Positions 62,692 through 64,000 of a DNA stretch of 64,000 nt are shown one piece after another. A program made the position numbers and the translations under genes. The stretch lies in contig CAWIIQ010000001.1 in the NCBI GenBank assembly GCA_963836185.1, positions 1,472,001-1,536,000 of the forward strand, written 5' to 3'. Positions within the stretch are counted from its first letter, which is position 1. The number at the start of each line of letters is the position of its first letter. Origin of the DNA: Candidatus Krumholzibacteriia bacterium (GTDB lineage Bacteria; Krumholzibacteriota; Krumholzibacteriia; Krumholzibacteriales; Krumholzibacteriaceae). The notes beneath the pieces were generated by a model. It was given only the letters and a program-made list of their open reading frames with translations. It was not told the origin of the DNA and searched no databases.

Positions 62692-63402
62692 GTGAACCTG
62701 AGCACACATTACTATGTCCTTTGTCTGAGTTCTCTTAAGAGTACTCTGTTTGAGGCGTTCCGGGACTCTCTTATCGAGATCGAAAACCATGGGTTTCCAG
62801 TATTGGCACCGGCAGGAACCTCATCTCCCGATGCTGGAAAAGAGCTGCTTGGTCACGCTCGCAACGTCGACAGGTGCTTCGGGAACAACTTCAGGCTTGA
62901 ACCGCTGAGAATGGTCGTGGTCGGCGAGATGGAGATACAGTCAGCATTCAGTTCAATTACAGAGCATGGTAACGGGATCATCGGGCGGATAGAAGGCGAC
63001 CATACAGATACAAGAGCGCGTGATCTGGGAAGGATCGCATGGCCCCTTGTCAAGGAGGCTATGACACGAGTGCTGGACAGGGCGTTTCTAAAGCTTGAGG
63101 CTTCTTCGGAGCGCGGAGATACAGCATCCGGAATGGAAGCAGTTGTCAGAATGGTCAAGAAGGGACTGCGAGCCACTCTTCTGGTAGAGGATGGTTATCA
63201 CATGCGGGGCAGCATCGGCGGAACGAATCATTCCCCGGTCATATCTCCTGAAGTCGATGTGCGGGAGGCTAATGATGATGCTGTCGATGTCGTCATCGAG
63301 AAAGTGCTCGAGGCCGGGGGCAATGTCATCTTCACTCCGAGTGGATCATTGAATGAAAGAAACCGGATCGTTCTGCTGCCGTACGGCGCTGGAGCTGTGT
63401 GA
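62692..63402 (+). CDS. Bacterial archaeo-eukaryotic release factor (baeRF, family 3-like) domain protein, N-terminally short
   Basis: YYVLCLS..LFEA..HGFP; LRMVVVG; IEGDH; TLLVEDGY; DDAVDVVIEKVLEAGGNV. Confidence 0.65.
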   Translation: MNLSTHYYVLCLSSLKSTLFEAFRDSLIEIENHGFPVLAPAGTSSPDAGKELLGHARNVDRCFGNNFRLEPLRMVVVGEMEIQSAFSSITEHGNGIIGRIEGDHTDTRARDLGRIAWPLVKEAMTRVLDRAFLKLEASSERGDTASGMEAVVRMVKKGLRATLLVEDGYHMRGSIGGTNHSPVISPEVDVREANDDAVDVVIEKVLEAGGNVIFTPSGSLNERNRIVLLPYGAGAV

Positions 63403-63467
63403 CGATCTTTATAAAATGTCATGGGCTGCCGCGATGGAGGCGCCTGCAATAAATACAAGGAGAAAGA

Positions 63468-64000
63468 ATGCGACTGCTTCTCATCAACCCGCGAAATCCC
63501 CTGGTGAATGTCACAAACAAGAAGAACTACTGGAACAAATATCGCGTGTGGAAGCCGCTGGGCCTGCTCGTTCTGGCCGGCCTTACTCCGCCCGGATGGG
63601 ACATCACGGTTGTTGATGAGAATGTGGATCATCCCGACTATTCCTTGATGCCTCGCCCCGACCTTGTCGGATTGAGTGCCTTCACTTCTCAGGCTCCGAG
63701 GGCGTACGAACTGGCTGAGGATTTTCGCAGCCTGGGTGTGCCCGTCGTGATGGGCGGGATCCACGCTACGATGCGGCAGGAGGAAGCTTCAGAACGAGTC
63801 GATGTTGTGGTGACAGGCGAAGCAGAGAGCGTCTGGGGACAAGTACTGGAAGACGCTGCCCGGGACACCTTGAAGCCTGTATACTCAGGCGGCCATGAGG
63901 AAATGGACAGAACGCCGCCTGCCCGCCACGATCTGCTGCCGGAAGGCTACCATTTCGGATCTATCCAGACTACGCGTGGATGCCCGCTGAATTGCAGTTT
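63468..64000 (+). CDS. B12-binding radical SAM protein (partial, runs off window)
   Basis: MRLLLINP..PLGLLVLAGLTP..VDEN..VMGGIHAT..GEAE..QTTRGCPLNCS. Confidence 0.9.
   Translation, partial: MRLLLINPRNPLVNVTNKKNYWNKYRVWKPLGLLVLAGLTPPGWDITVVDENVDHPDYSLMPRPDLVGLSAFTSQAPRAYELAEDFRSLGVPVVMGGIHATMRQEEASERVDVVVTGEAESVWGQVLEDAARDTLKPVYSGGHEEMDRTPPARHDLLPEGYHFGSIQTTRGCPLNCS

Overview
64 kb of a moderately GC-rich bacterial chromosome. It is probably from an anaerobic FCB-group candidate phylum such as Ca. Krumholzibacteriota or Latescibacterota. This is an inference from a FlgD-Ig/T9SS-like C-terminus, a 'SWGxIK' tail and the Ser/Thr-kinase-TPR architecture. The assembly looks like unpolished long-read sequence: I count about 17 single-base frameshifts, including in tig, lon, pccB and feoB. 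Housekeeping content: acyl-CoA carboxylase beta and the start of a methylmalonyl-CoA mutase, an M6 protease, DtxR-FeoA plus FeoB, tRNA-Leu-tig-clpP-clpX-lon-engB, purA-tRNA-Lys, acyl-CoA catabolism genes, peptidases, a kinase/PP2C pair and tRNA-Glu. Accessory content: an AT-richer block after tRNA-Lys and a large sulfur-relay/flavin-bifurcation operon. The most notable candidates are: (1) a DnaE (Pol III alpha) paralog that has lost its catalytic aspartates but ends in a consensus QLSLF clamp-binding motif; (2) a TusA-ArsR-atypical MvhD-HdrA(L)-HdrA-wHTH-QmoC-like-DsrE2 operon with no aprAB or hdrBC in this window, preceded by a Moco-sulfurase-like desulfurase; (3) a temptin-like CxxCH protein; (4) a YVDPGTGS micro-protein/NoeA-like kinase-methyltransferase/sulfatase-fold trio. 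No CRISPR, rRNA, integrase or transposase was seen. All family calls come from motifs read by eye, with no database search.
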